DNA from: Eledone cirrhosa
Taxonomy: Eukaryota
Direction: 5' to 3'
Assembly (NCBI GenBank): GCA_964016885.1
Contig: OZ024740.1
Location: forward strand, 77,500,001 to 77,564,000
DNA length: 64,000 nt
The stretch's first letter is position 1. Every line of letters starts with the position of its first letter. This document shows, in pieces, positions 39,401-53,588 of the stretch. Both the position numbers and the translations under genes were made by a program. A model generated the notes under the pieces. The model searched no databases. It was not told the DNA's origin and saw nothing but the letters and a program-made list of their open reading frames with translations.

Positions 39401-42400
39401 TCTTCCTACTTCTGCTGTGGGAGGAGTATACTATTGTTACTTCCTACTGTTGCTGTGGGAGGAGTACACTATTGTTACTTGCTACTTCTGCTGGGGGAGG
39501 AGTATACTATTGTTACTTCCTACTTCTGCTGGGGGAGGAGTACACGATTGTTACTTCCTACTCCTGCTGAGGGAGGAGTATACTATTGTTACTTCCTACT
39601 TCTGCTGAGGGAGGAGTATACTATTGTTACTTCCTACTTCTGCTGAGGGAGGAGTACACTATTGTTACTTCCTACTTCTGCTGAGGGAGGAGTATACTAT
39701 TGTTACTTCCTACTTCTGCTGGGGGAGGAGTATACTATTGTTACTTCCTACTTCTGCTGAGGGAGGAGTATACTATTGTTACTTCCTACTTCTGCTGAGG
39801 GAGGAGTATACTATTGTTACTTCCTACTTCTGCTGGGGGAGGAGTACACTATTGTTACTTCCTACTTCTGCTGAGGGAGGAGTATACTATTGTTACTTCC
39901 TACTTCTGCTGAGGGAGGAGTATACTATTGTTACTTCCTACTTCTGCTGGGGGAGGAGTATACTATTGTTACTTCCTACTCCTGCTGAGGGAGGAGTATA
40001 CTATTGTTACTTCCTACTCCTGCTGAGGGAGGAGTTTACTATTGTTACTTCCTACTCCTGCTGAGGGAGGAGTATACTATTGTTACTTCCTACTTCTGCT
40101 GGGGGAGGAGTATACTATTGTTACTTCCTACTCCTGCTGAGGGAGGAGTATACTATTGTTACTTCCTACTTCTGCTGTGGGAGGAGTATACTATTGTTAC
40201 TTCCTACTTCTGCTGGGGGAGGAGTATACTATTGTTTCTTCCTACTTCTGCTGTGGGAGGAGTATACTATTGTTACTTCCTACTGTTGCTGTGGGAGGAG
40301 TACACTATTGTTACTTGCTACTTCTGCTGGGGGAGGAGTATACTATTGTTACTTCCTACTTCTGCTGAGGGAGGAGTATACTATTGTTACTTCCTACTTC
40401 TGCTGGGGGAGGAGTACACTATTGTTACTTCCTACTTCTGCTGGGGGAGGAGTATACTATTGTTACTTCCTACTCCTGCTGTGGGAGGAGTACACTATTG
40501 TTACTTCCTACTCCTGCTGGGGGAGGAGTATACTATTGTTACTTCCTACTTCTGCTGGGGGAGGAGTATACTATTGTTACTTCCTACTACTGCTGGGGGA
40601 GGAGTATACTATTGTTACTTCCTACTTCTGCTGAGGGAGGAGTACACGATTGTTACTTCCTACTCCTGCTGAGGGAGGAGTATACTATTGTTACTTCCTA
40701 CTCCTGCTGTGGGAGGAGTATACTATTGTTACTTCCTACTTCTGCTGTGGGAGGAGTATACTATTGTTACTTCCTACTTCTGCTGGGGGAGGAGTATACT
40801 ATTGTTTCTTCCTACTTCTGCTGGGGGAGGAGTATACTATTGTTACTTCCTACTTCTGCTGTGGGAGGAGTATACTATTGTTACTTCCTACTCCTGCTGT
40901 GGGAGGAGTATACTATTGTTACTTCCTACTCCTGCTGTGGGAGGAGTATACTATTGTTACTTCCTACTTCTGCTGTGGGAGGAGTATACTATTGTTACTT
41001 CCTACTCCTGCTGTGGGAGGAGTATACTATTGTTACTTCCTACTTCTGCTGGGGGAGGAGTATACTATTGTTACTTCCTACTTCTGCTGGGGCAGGAGTA
41101 TACTATTGTTACTTCCTACTTCTGCTGAGGGAGGAGTATACTATTGTTACTTCCTACTTCTGCTGAGGGAGGAGTATACTATTGTTACTTCCTACTTCTG
41201 CTGGGGGAGGAGTATACTATTGTTACTTCCTACTCCTGCTGAGGGAGGAGTATACTATTGTTACTTCCTACTCCTGCTGAGGGAGGAGTTTACTATTGTT
41301 ACTTCCTACTCCTGCTGAGGGAGGAGTATACTATTGTTACTTCCTACTCCTGCTGTGGGAGGAGTACACTATTGTTACTTCCTACTTCTGCTGGGGGAGG
41401 AGTATACTATTGTTACTTCCTACTCCTGCTGAGGGAGGAGTATACTATTGTTACTTCCTACTCCTGCTGAGGGAGGAGTTTACTATTGTTACTTCCTACT
41501 CCTGCTGAGGGAGGAGTACACTATTGTTACTTCCTACTTCTGCTGTGGGAGGAGTACACTATTGTTACTTCCTACTTCTGCTGGGGGAGGTGTATACTAT
41601 TGTTACTTCCTACTCCTGCTGAGGGAGGAGTATACTATTGTTACTTCCTACTCCTGCTGAGGGAGGAGTATACTATTGTTACTTCCTACTCCTGCTGAGG
41701 GAGGAGTATACTATTGTTACTTCCTACTCCTGCTGAGGGAGGAGTTTACTATTGTTACTTCCTACTCCTGCTGAGGGAGGAGTATACTATTGTTACTTCC
41801 TACTTCTGCTGGGGGAGGAGTATACTATTGTTACTTCCTACTCCTGCTGAGGGAGGAGTATACTATTGTTACTTCCTACTCCTGCTGAGGGAGGAGTATA
41901 CTATTGTTACTTCCTACTCCTGCTGAGGGAGGAGTATACTATTGTTACTTCCTACTTCTGCTGGGGGAGGAGTATACTATTGTTACTTCCTACTCCTGCT
42001 GAGGGAGGAGTATACTATTGTTACTTCCTACTTCTGCTGGGGGAGGAGTACACTATTGTTACTTCCTACTTCTGCTGTGGGAGGAGTACACTATTGTTAC
42101 TTCCTACTTCTGCTGGGGGAGGAGTATACTATTGTTACTTCCTACTGTTGCTGAGGGAGGAGTACACTATTGTTACTTCCTACTTCTGCTGTGGGAGGAG
42201 TATACTATTGTTACTTCCTACTCCTGCTGAGGGAGGAGTATACTATTGTTACTTCCTACTTCTGCTGGGGGAGGAGTATACTATTGTTACTTCCTACTCC
42301 TGCTGTGGGAGGAGTATACTATTGTTACTTCCTACTTCTGCTGGGGCAGGAGTATACTATTGTTACTTCCTACTGTTGCTGGGGGAGGAGTATACTATTG

Positions 42401-45400
42401 TTACTTCCTACTTCTGCTGGGGGAGGAGTATACTATTGTTACTTCCTACTGTTGCTGTGGGAGGAGTACACTATTGTTACTTCCTACTCCTGCTGAGGGA
42501 GGAGTATACTATTGTTACTTCCTACTTCTGCTGGGGGAGGAGTATACTATTGTTACTTCCTACTCCTGCTGGGGCAGGAGTATACTATTGTTACTTCCTA
42601 CTTCTGCTGAGGGAGGAGTATACTATTGTTACTTCCTACTTCTGCTGGGGGAGGAGTATACTATTGTTACTTCCTACTTCTGCTGGGGGAGGAGTATACT
42701 ATTGTTACTTCCTACTTCTGCTGGGGGAGGAGTATACTATTGTTACTTCCTACTGTTGCTGTGGGAGGAGTACACTATTGTTACTTGCTACTTCTGCTGA
42801 GGGAGGAGTATACTATTGTTACTTCCTACTGTTGCTGTGGGAGGAGTACACTATTGTTACTTGCTACTTCTGCTGGGGGAGGAGTATACTATTGTTACTT
42901 CCTACTTCTGCTGAGGGAGGAGTATACTATTGTTACTTCCTACTTCTGCTGTGGGAGGAGTATACTATTGTTACTTCCTACTGTTGCTGTGGGAGGAGTA
43001 CACTATTGTTACTTGCTACTTCTGCTGGGGGAGGAGTATACTATTGTTACTTCCTACTTCTGCTGGGGGAGGAGTATACTATTGTTACTTCCTACTTCTG
43101 CTGGGGGAGGAGTATACTATTGTTACTTCCTACTTCTGCTGAGGGAGGAGTATACTATTGTTACTTCCTACTTCTGCTGGGGGAGGAGTATACTATTGTT
43201 ACTTCCTACTTCTGCTGGAGTAGGAGTATACTATTGTTACTTCCTACTCCTGCTGGGGAGGAGTATACTATTGTTACTTGCTACTTCTGCTGGGGGAGGA
43301 GTATACTATTGTTACTTGCTACTTCTGCTGGGGGAGGAGTATACTATTGTTACTTCCTACTTCTGCTGTGGGAGGAGTATACTATTGTTACTTCCTACTG
43401 TTGCTGTGGGAGGAGTACACTATTGTTACTTGCTACTTCTGCTGGGGGAGGAGTATACTATTGTTACTTCCTACTCCTGCTGAGGGAGGAGTATACTATT
43501 GTTACTTCCTACTTCTGCTGGAGTAGGAGTATACTATTGTTACTTCCTACTCCTGCTGGGGAGGAGTATACTATTGTTACTTGCTACTTCTGCTGGGGGA
43601 GGAGTATACTATTGTTACTTCCTACTTCTGCTGTGGGAGGAGTATACTATTGTTACTTCCTACTTCTGCTGAGGGAGGAGTATACTATTGTTACTTCCTA
43701 CTTCTGCTGAGGGAGGAGTATACTATTGTTACTTCCTACTTCTGCTGGGGGAGGAGTATACTATTGTTACTTCCTACTTCTGCTGGAGTAGGAGTATACT
43801 ATTGTTACTTCCTACTCCTGCTGGGGAGGAGTATACTATTGTTACTTGCTACTTCTGCTGGGGGAGGAGTATACTATTGTTACTTGCTACTTCTGCTGGG
43901 GGAGGAGTATACTATTGTTACTTCCTACTTCTGCTGTGGGAGGAGTATACTATTGTTACTTCCTACTCCTGCTGGGGAGGAGTATACTATTGTTACTTCC
44001 TACTTCTGCTGGGGGAGGAGTATACTATTGTTACTTCCTACTCCTGCTGAGGGAGGAGTATACTATTGTTACTTCCTACTTCTGCTGTGGGAGGAGTATA
44101 CTATTGTTACTTCCTACTGTTGCTGTGGGAGGAGTACACTATTGTTACTTGCTACTTCTGCTGTGGGAGGAGTATACTATTGTTACTTCCTACTTCTGCT
44201 GTGGGAGGAGTATACTATTGTTACTTCCTACTCCTGCTGGGGGAGGAGTATACTATTGTTACTTCCTACTTCTGCTGTGGGAGGAGTATACTATTGTTAC
44301 TTCCTACTGTTGCTGTGGGAGGAGTACACTATTGTTACTTGCTACTTCTGCTGTGGGAGGAGTATACTATTGTTACTTCCTACTTCTGCTGTGGGAGGAG
44401 TATACTATTGTTACTTCCTACTCCTGCTGGGGGAGGAGTATACTATTGTTACTTCCTACTTCTGCTGAGGGAGGAGTATACTATTGTTACTTCCTACTGT
44501 TGCTGTGGGAGGAGTACACTATTGTTACTTGCTACTTCTGCTGGGGGAGGAGTATACTATTGTTACTTCCTACTTCTGCTGAGGGAGGAGTATACTATTG
44601 TTACTTCCTACTTCTGCTGGGGGAGGAGTATACTATTGTTACTTCCTACTTCTGCTGAGGGAGGAGTATACTATTGTTACTTCCTACTTCTGCTGGGGGA
44701 GGAGTATACTATTGTTACTTCCTACTTCTGCTGGAGGAGGAGTATACTATTGTTACTTCCTACTCCTGCTGGGGGAGGAGTATACTATTGTTACTTCCTA
44801 CTGTTGCTGAGGGAGGAGTACACTATTGTTACTTCCTACTGTTGCTGTGGGAGGAGTATACTATTGTTACTTCCTACTGTTGCTGAGGGAGGAGTACACT
44901 ATTGTTACTTCCTACTTCTGCTGGGGGAGGAGTATACTATTGTTACTTCCTACTGTTGCTGTGGGAGGAGTATACTATTGTTACTTCCTACTCCTGCTGG
45001 GGGAGGAGTATACTATTGTTACTTCCTACTGTTGCTGAGGGAGGAGTACACTATTGTTACTTCCTACTGTTGCTGTGGGAGGAGTATACTATTGTTACTT
45101 CCTACTCCTGCTGGGGGAGGAGTATACTATTGTTACTTCCTACTGTTGCTGAGGGAGGAGTACACTATTGTTACTTCCTACTGTTGCTGTGGGAGGAGTA
45201 CACTATTGTTACTTCCTACTGTTGCTGTGGGAGGAGTACACTATTGTTACTTCCTACTGTTGCTGTGGGAGGAGTATACTATTGTTACTTCCTACTTCTG
45301 CTGTGGGAGGAGTACACTATTGTTACTTCCTACTGTTGCTGTGGGAGGAGTATACTATTGTTACTTCCTACTTCTGCTGTGGGAGGAGTATACTATTGTT

Positions 45401-46559
45401 ACTTCCTACTTCTGCTGAGGGAGGAGTACACTATTGTTACTTCCTACTCCTGCTGTGGGAGGAGTACACTATTGTTACTTCCTACTTCTGCTGAGGGAGG
45501 AGTACACTATTGTTACTTCCTACTCCTGCTGTGGGAGGAGTATACTATTGTTACTTCCTACTGTTGCTGAGGGAGGAGTACACTATTGTTACTTCCTACT
45601 CCTGCTGAGGGAGGAGTATACTATTGTTACTTCCTACTCCTGCTGTGGGAGGAGTATACTATTGTTACTTCCTACTTCTGCTGAGGGAGGAGTACACTAT
45701 TGTTACTTCCTACTTCTGCTGAGGGAGGAGTATACTATTGTTACTTCCTACTTCTGCTGAGGGAGGAGTACACTATTGTTACTTCCTACTTCTGCTGTGG
45801 GAGGAGTACACTATTGTTACTTCCTACTTCTGCTGTGGGAGGAGTATACTATTGTTACTTCCTACTTCTGCTGTGGGAGGAGTACACTATTGTTACTTCC
45901 TACTTCTGCTGTGGGAGGAGTATACTATTGTTACTTCCTACTTCTGCTGAGGGAGGAGTACACTATTGTTACTTCCTACTCCTGCTGTGGGAGGAGTATA
46001 CTATTGTTACTTCCTACTTCTGCTGTGGGAGGAGTACACTATTGTTACTTCCTACTTCTGCTGAGGGAGGAGTATACTATTGTTACTTCCTACTTCTGCT
46101 GAGGGAGGAGTACACTATTGTTACTTCCTACTTCTGCTGTGGGAGGAGTACACTATTGTTACTTCCTACTTCTGCTGTGGGAGGAGTATACTATTGTTAC
46201 TTCCTACTGTTGCTGTGGGAGGAGTATACTATTGTTACTTGCTACTTCTGCTGAGGGAGGAGTACACTATTGTTACTTCCTACTTCTGCTGTGGGAGGAG
46301 TACACTATTGTTACTTCCTACTTCTGCTGTGGGAGGAGTATACTATTGTTACTTCCTACTTCTGCTGGGGGAGGAGTACACTATTGTTACTTCCTACTCC
46401 TGCTGGGGGAGGAGTACACTATTGTTACTTCCTACTTCTGCTGGGGGAGGAGTATACTATTGTTACTTTCTACTACTGCTGGGGGAGGAGTATACTATTG
46501 TTACTTCCTATTCCTGCTATGGAAAGGAGTACACTATTGTTACTTCCTGCTCTTGCTGG
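33471..46559. repeat. 38-bp tandem satellite array (~344 units)
   Basis: Consensus CTATTGTTACTTCCTACTYCTGCTGDGGGAGGAGTAYA repeated head-to-tail without spacers over ~13.1 kb. Confidence 0.98.
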
Positions 46560-46852
46560 AACACAGTGGGCCGGAACTATAACAGAGCTATTTAATCCGA
46601 CGTCCCTAATGACTCTGCCAAGTTGTTGCCTACGGGAAAGGGATGAAGTAGATCAGTCTACACTCATAGTTCTGCTATATTACTAAGTTCAATATTTCAG
46701 CGAAGGTGCTGCTTAATAGTTGGCGTTTGTACGTGTTAGAATCATTAGATTCGCACAATTGGCGAAAGTACGTTTGATCTTACTAGGGAGTCCTCTACTA
46801 CTACAAATATTCATCCAACTATCATTTATGATAAACTCAAATTGGATAGATG

Positions 46853-46885
<33 letters not shown>

Positions 46886-47121
46886 GGCTGATGACTTTTT
46901 CGTGTAGCGTAGTAAAGATGTTCGAATGCCAGCCTGTTGTAAATATTTTCATAAATGAAGCTTAATTCTCTCCTCTTGTCGGAAGCTAGATACTTGTTTT
47001 TAGACCGTAGGTTATATAGTATAAGGAACTGGGATTTAAGGAGATTGAGACAGTGAAGTGTTTCTGTAAATTGTTGAAGCTTAGTTCTAAGTTGGGATTT
47101 TGTAAGAGGAATCTAAACATG

Positions 47122-47790
47122 TCACAGCTTCCTCCACACATATCTGTGCAAAATATAGTAACTGGTCACGATCCCCTGCGCATCGGCGTTTCCTTGAGTT
47201 TCGGCCCCGGATCTGTGAGCCACACCAATGTCGCTGCGGGTCCACCGTGGGTTCTTTCGGCCTCCACCCGCTTTCCTGTCGTCACAATGTCGGCCGCCTT
47301 CCACGCCATGCTGCCCCCAACGTGGTCGTAAAGCATGGCTTGGACGCTGCAGGCTTCCCTTCCCAGCTCGAGCCGGCGGGGCTAGACTGAGGGGATGGCA
47401 AAAGGCCAGATCCCATGACCATCTTCCCGTTCCGCATTGGCAAACCCCTCGTATGGCATGCCACTTGCACCGACACTTTCTCCTGTCGCAACCCGGTGCA
47501 ATCTGCGACTAACCCAGGTTCTGCTGCACGTCGGGCTGAGGAGGCCAAACTCCTCAAATACCGCTCGCTCTCCGACAGGTTTGCGGTCGTTCCCCTGGCA
47601 GTGTAGACTTCTGGTGTCCTCGACCCTAGGGCTACCTCCCTACTCACCACCATAGGCGCTGAGCTGGCCAGCCGCAGGTGTTAGCCCCGCGAGTTGGAGT
47701 GGCTTTTCCAGCGCCTCTCCCTTGCCGTACTCCGGGGAAATGCCTTCTCCCTCCAGTCCGCCGGGGCTGTGCGTGTGCGGGTGCGGGGGG
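47122..47790 (+). pseudogene. CRE-like non-LTR retrotransposon 3' fragment (restriction-like endonuclease)
   Basis: Translations ..EPAGL..GDGKRPDPMTIFPF..GKPLVWHATCTDTF..AARRAEEAKLLKY..VPLAV..WLFQRLSLAVLRGNA, typical of CRE RLE C-termini; stops present. Confidence 0.75.
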
Positions 47791-48169
47791 GGGGCATCGC
47801 GTATCATTCCATATTTAAGTATGGTCAATGAAGAATAAGTAGTAGCTATTGTGATAGACTATGAATTAATACATTTTCGCGGTATATTTTCTATTGATAA
47901 AGGATTTTTAAGTATAAATCATTGAAATATAGAATAAAAGAGTTATCTGTTTATTTTTACTTCTTTTTCAGCTAGCATTTTACGCCTTGAGTTTCTCCAC
48001 GATCATTGCTGCTATTGTCCACAACTAACACTGTATTTAATGTAAAGATTTTGGACTTCTATTCTTGGACTTGCTTTGTGTAACTGCTATAAATGTGTTA
48101 GTTGCGAAGAAATTATTTATTTTATGTCCCACTGCCCAGTCTTAGCCAAGAACAAGTACATATACAGGT

Positions 48170-48300
48170 GAAGGCGCATAGCTTAGTGGTTAGAGCATTG
48201 GGCTTGCAATCGAAAGGTTGTGAGTTCAATTCTGGACCGGGTGATGTGTTGTTTCCTTGAGCAAGACACTTTATTTCACGTTGCCCCAGTTTACTCAGCC
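48170..48300 (+). mobile_element. S2 SINE 5' part
   Basis: GGCGCATAGCTTAGTGGTTAGAG A-box, GTGAGTTCAATTC B-box, CCTTGAGCAAGACACTTTATTTCAC. Confidence 0.75.
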
Positions 48301-49399
48301 TCCAACGAGATATACCTTGGAGAAGGCCAGCTAAACCTGCATAAATGTGAGCTGTCACACACACACACACACATATATACAGGTATGACAGAGATGGAGT
48401 TTTCATGCACTGGAGATTATACCGTTCTTCTTCTTCTTCTTCTTCTTCTTCTTCCACTTATTTCTGAGAGGGTCGAGAGGGAAGAGTCCTCAAACACTCC
48501 TTCCAGCGGGTACTGTCAGCAGCAACCACCTCCAATTGATCTGGCTGGATCCCCTAGCGAGACCAGCCAATCTCATGGATGTTATCCAAACATCTTACTC
48601 GGGGTCTACCCCTGGGTCTCTTGCCGGTTGGTTTTGCCCGTAAAATATGTCCAGCGATTCTTTCCTGAGACATTCTAACTACATGCCCATAGTATCAGAG
48701 CTGTGAACTCTCAGTTCGAAGAAGTAGAGGCTCTACATGGAGTAACTCTACATGGAGTAATCTCTGAGCACACGAAGGTATACCCGCATTATGAAATCCT
48801 GATAGAAGAGGGGTCAGATTCATCACAACGGAAAACACCTTAGAAATGACAAAACAAATACACTCTGAAATTTGCGAATACACACATCAAGCGAGGTCAT
48901 GTCTAAAGTCCCCCTTGCGTGCAAATCTCTCCTCTCGACGCCACCAGCCAAGCTTCTAGGAAGACAAAGAGACGATCAAATTTGGTACCTGTGATGTCGT
49001 AGACGAACTCAGAAGGAAAGGGCTCCAAAAATATACCAAATGTATCAGGTCAGACGCCCTTGAAATTTCGCCCAGGACTTATACTTGAGTTGATAACAAC
49101 TCCGAAATTATGCAAAGTAAGGTTGACTTTGGTGGGGTTTGAAATCAAGGTACTGAGGGCTGAAGGAAGTACCACGAGATATTAAATCCGACGTTCTAGC
49201 GACTTAACGAATTCGCTACCCTGAAGATAAACACAACATACAGAATATATCAGTATTAAGTACTGCACATAATATAATAGACAATATGAAAGCAACACAA
49301 ATCCCTACAGAATCAAATGCACTCAGAGCCGTAGTTTGTATTGTATTGAAAGCACGTAATAAATATAAAAATCTGTCTCAAGCCAGAAGGTTCGTTAGG

Positions 49400-50112
49400 C
49401 CGGTGCTTACCCCGGTTTCGTAGCTTGAAGCGACTAAGAGTACAAGACTCGCCCCTTGACAGGACGCCAGTCCATCGCATTGTTAAACTCTCTGCTAATG
49501 CTGATACTGATTTTCACGTGAGTAAACCGAAGCAACGTAAAATGAAGTGTTTTGCTCAAGAACACAACACACAACCCAGCCCAGGATTCAAAACTCCAAC
49601 AATATGATCGCGCCTCCACTTCATAGATATAAAAATACTAGAAAATAATTGTTTCTACTTTTGGCACAAGGCCAGCAATTACCCAGTGCATTACTGGTAC
49701 TATATTTTATCGACCCCGTAAGGATGAAAGGCAAAGTTAACCTCGGCGGGATTTGAACTCAGAATGGAAAGGGCCATAACTCTATGCGTCAAAGCATGAC
49801 GTCCGACCCTCTACCGATACTGCCAAACCACCGCCTATAGAGGGTTTGCTTTGGTACCAACACCAGTAATTCACTGAATCACCTACACTATCGACAGTCT
49901 GTCGACTTTCGTCAAATTGGACCGAGGAAACAATGTTTCCATTGGTCTTTCTAATTGCTAATACTCTCTAACGGTCGCAACTCCAGGTGGAAGGAGCAAC
50001 GTGAAATGAAGTGTCTTGCTCAAGGACATAACGCATCGCCCGGCCCGGGAATCGAACTCACAACTTCACGATTGCAAATCCAATTCTCTAACCACTCAGC
50101 CACACGCCTTCA
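49400..50112 (-). mobile_element. Cluster of minus-strand SINEs (S2-like 49400-49620, S1 49646-49835, S2 49985-50112)
   Basis: Reverse complements of the S1 and S2 motifs. Confidence 0.75.
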
Positions 50113-50361
50113 CAATACTTCAACAATACTAGGAAATAATAACATTGAAAACGGGGGTTTCCATATAATAGAGTGAGCATTATAAACATAGGGCTTACAA
50201 TACATGTGGGAATAGACAAATTATTGAAAAAAAAATACGAGGATATCAGCAAGGACGTTTTACAATAACATAAGTATAAAATTCTTATAATAAAACAGAC
50301 AATCATTAACAGAAGTTATAATATAAAATAGGAAAAACGTTTAAGGTTAATAATAATACTG

Positions 50362-51213
50362 ATTTCTACTATAAGCACAAGGCCAGCAATTTGGGGGGGG
50401 GGGAGTCGATTATATCGACCCCAGTGCATTACTGGTGCTTTATTTCATCGACCCCACAAGGATAAAAGGCAAAGTTAACCTCGGCGGGATTTGAACTCAG
50501 ACCGTAAAGGGCCGTAACTCTATGCTTCAAAGCATGTTGTCCGATGTTCTACCGATACTGCCAATCCACCGCCCTAGGGTTAATAATAATAATAATTGTT
50601 TCTACTTGTTGGCACAAGGCCAGCAATTATCCCAGTGCATTACTGGTACTTTATTTTATCGACCCCGCAAGGATGGAAGACAAAGTTAATCTGGGCGTAT
50701 TTGAACTCAGACCGTAAAGGGTCGTAACTCTATGCTTGAAAGCATGTTGCCCGATGCTCTGACAATACTGCAAATTCCCCACCTTAGGGGTAATAACAAC
50801 AATAATAATATTATTATTATGAATTGGCAGTATCGGTAGAGGGTCGGACACCATGCTTTGACGCATAGAGTTACGGCTCTTGCCATTCTGAGTTCAAATC
50901 CCGCCGAGGTTAACTTTGCCTTTCATCCTTATGGGGTCGATAAAATAAAGTACCAGTAATGTACTGGGTAATTGCTGGTCTTGTGCCAATAGTAGAAACA
51001 ATTATTATTATTAATAACACTGCAGTGGATTGTCAGTATCGGTAGGGAGTCGGACGCCATGCTTTCCAGCATAGTTACGTCCCTTTACGATCTGAGTTCA
51101 AATCCCGCCGAGGTTGACTTTGCCTTTCATCCTTACGGGGTCGATAAAATAAAGTACCAGTAATGCACTGGTAATTGCTGGCCTTGTGCCTAAAGTAGAA
51201 ACAATTATTATTA
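50362..51213. mobile_element. Four S1 SINEs, two minus followed by two plus (head-to-head)
   Basis: 50362-50575(-), 50596-50786(-), 50823-51012(+), 51024-51213(+), separated by (AAT/ATT)n. Confidence 0.88.
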
Positions 51214-52039
51214 ATAACACGTCTTCATATTGCCACCACTACTACAGAAATTCAGTCGTTGTCCTTTCTTAACTCGCTTGGAATCTGCAAGAATATGTGG
51301 TGGGGGTGTCTGGAAATAGGAAGAGGAATCGGTGTAATTCCTGGTATGACAACCTCCGACTACAGTTGAAAGAAATGAACAATTTCTGGAATGGCCAGAA
51401 TGACAGAAGAAACATAGAAAAGATACAGTCTCAGCTCCTTTTCCACTCGTCATTTCTTCACCCAACACTTCATTACTCATCGCCATGGACAGGAGATATT
51501 TCAAGCGGTCACGTGCCACCTTGCTCACGTGTTCTTCCGTTACCCCTCCTCACACTTCCTCCCTGTCCTTACCACTTCTTCTTCCTCCTCCTCCTCCTCC
51601 TCCTCGTTTGGTATCTTTAGAGCTAACATCCTCTCCCACTTTCCCCCTTGTCTGTAATAGTTATCTGTATCGGGGTATGGATTAAAGAGAGGGGAGGAAA
51701 GGGATGGGGAAGAGAGAGAGAGACAGAGGGGGCGGGGGGCAAACAAACGAAAAAACAGCCTGACAGAGAGAAAGACAAATAAACAGTCCGATTGACAGAC
51801 AAAGACAGATTGACAGACAAACAGAGTCTGACACACAGACAGACAGAAAGATGGACGGCTGGCCGGACGATTGGTTAGACAGAGAGGCAGTGAGGAGGAC
51901 GGATGGTCGAGTGAATGAACAGATGGACTTGCAGGTGAGTGGACGATTAAAGGACGAACAGATAAAGTGATGGCTGCCTAGATGGCTGGATATGACGGGG
52001 TGTGTGTATGTAATATATATATATACATATTATATATAA

Positions 52040-52127
<88 letters not shown>

Positions 52128-52591
52128 GTTCTATTTAAATTGTTGGGATACAACAAGCAAATATTTTTATAACTGATATAAAGCACTCAACAAATAATTG
52201 GAGTAAAAATACGATATTAACTATCCGGGAGCTTCCAACAATAATGGTTGCATTCTTTAAGGGTATGTCAATATTTATTTATAAAACTGCTCTATATTAT
52301 ATTTTATCTCATGAAAGCACACCATAATTTAACTTGGTGTCCTTGAAATATGTATAATGAAATAAATATGGTTTTATAAATATAGTTTCCATTTGTTAAT
52401 ATCGTATATATATATATATATTAATTCAAAATATTAATAAATATAGAAATATAGACATTCATGTGATCAAATATATTTTATTATATATATTTCAGAGGTA
52501 CAGTGGTGTTTCCTCAGTACGTCCTCATCAGATAAAATAAATTGATGTCTGACATACCTCAACTGTGTTGATGGTTCAATTCCAGTCTTGG

Positions 52592-52629
<38 letters not shown>

Positions 52630-52738
52630 TATATATAATGTAAGGGGTGAGTTTTATTGTAGGACAATAATGCAATGCAAATATCGGATAAGTAGCACTT
52701 GTTAACAAGTGTTTTTTAAGCATCATATCATGCCTCCC

Positions 52739-52809
52739 TATTTTATCTGATGAGAACGCAAATATCGTCCCAGGATGATATTTGTTTTCGAAATGCGCAT
52801 AATAAAATA
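52739..52809 (+). ncRNA. Type I hammerhead ribozyme motif (canonical core)
   Basis: TATTTTAT-CTGATGA-GAACGCAAATATCGTCC(ca)GGATGATATTTGTTTTC-GAAA-TGCGCA-TA-ATAAAATA: 8-bp stem I, long stem II, palindromic stem III; (TA)n-flanked cassette. Confidence 0.8.
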
Positions 52810-52841
52810 CATGGAACTTTTTTAACCATCTTTTAATTTCT

Positions 52842-52890
<49 letters not shown>

Positions 52891-52894
<4 letters not shown>

Positions 52895-53026
52895 AACGAG
52901 TAGGACCCCGACGGCTTGAGCTCAGCCGTCGGGGTCCTACTCGTTCCTATTACCTACTCTACTACCCTAAGTATTGAGTACTTTGGTGCGTTATGGTCCA
53001 CCTGGTTCTTTACCACATTTCCTTCG

Positions 53027-53028
<2 letters not shown>
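52891..53028 (+). mobile_element. F1 fold-back element
   Basis: Hairpin 52891-52949 (apex GAGCTC) followed by the F1 body ending CCTTCGTT-(AT)n; (TA)n on both sides. Confidence 0.75.
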
Positions 53029-53082
<54 letters not shown>

Positions 53083-53199
53083 TCATAAATAACTTGCTTG
53101 GGCCACACAAGGATGTGGATTCGTAGCTATTCTCTTGAAACAAGCGCATCTCAAAACAACAGCTGTTTTAGCGTACTTATAAATACAAACATAAATATG

Positions 53200-53503
53200 T
53201 GTGGTTAGAACGACAGGTTTACAATCGTGAGGCTGGGATTTCGACTCTCAGACCGGGCTGTGTGTTGTGTTCTTGAACAAGAAACTTTATCTCACGTTGT
53301 AGAAACGAGTTGTGACGTCACTGTGCTAAACTGTATTGGCCATTGCCTTTCTCTTGACCAACATCGGTGGCGTAGAGAGATGAGACTGATATGCATGGGT
53401 GACTGCTGGACTTCCACAGACAATCTTGCCCGAACTTGAGCCTCGGAGGGCAACTTTCTAGCTGAAAAACCTATGGTCACTCGTGACCGAAATGGGTATT
53501 TAC

Positions 53504-53507
<4 letters not shown>
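53200..53507 (+). mobile_element. S2-related SINE
   Basis: GTGTGGTTAGAAC head and GTGTTCTTGAACAAGAAACTTTATCTCACG motif. Confidence 0.6.

Positions 53508-53583
<76 letters not shown>

Positions 53584-53588
<5 letters not shown>

Noticed and set aside
33471-46559. CRISPR array (38-bp repeat with hairpin)
   Set aside because: Units are contiguous with no unique spacers, there are no cas genes, and the context is eukaryotic.
33362-46686. Long ORFs (up to 614 aa) across the satellite
   Set aside because: Open in all three frames as a by-product of a stop-poor 38-mer; no coding evidence.
52496-52540. Minus-strand CTGATGA..GAAAC..GTA hammerhead
   Set aside because: Cores are present but stems I and II do not pair; at best a decayed copy.
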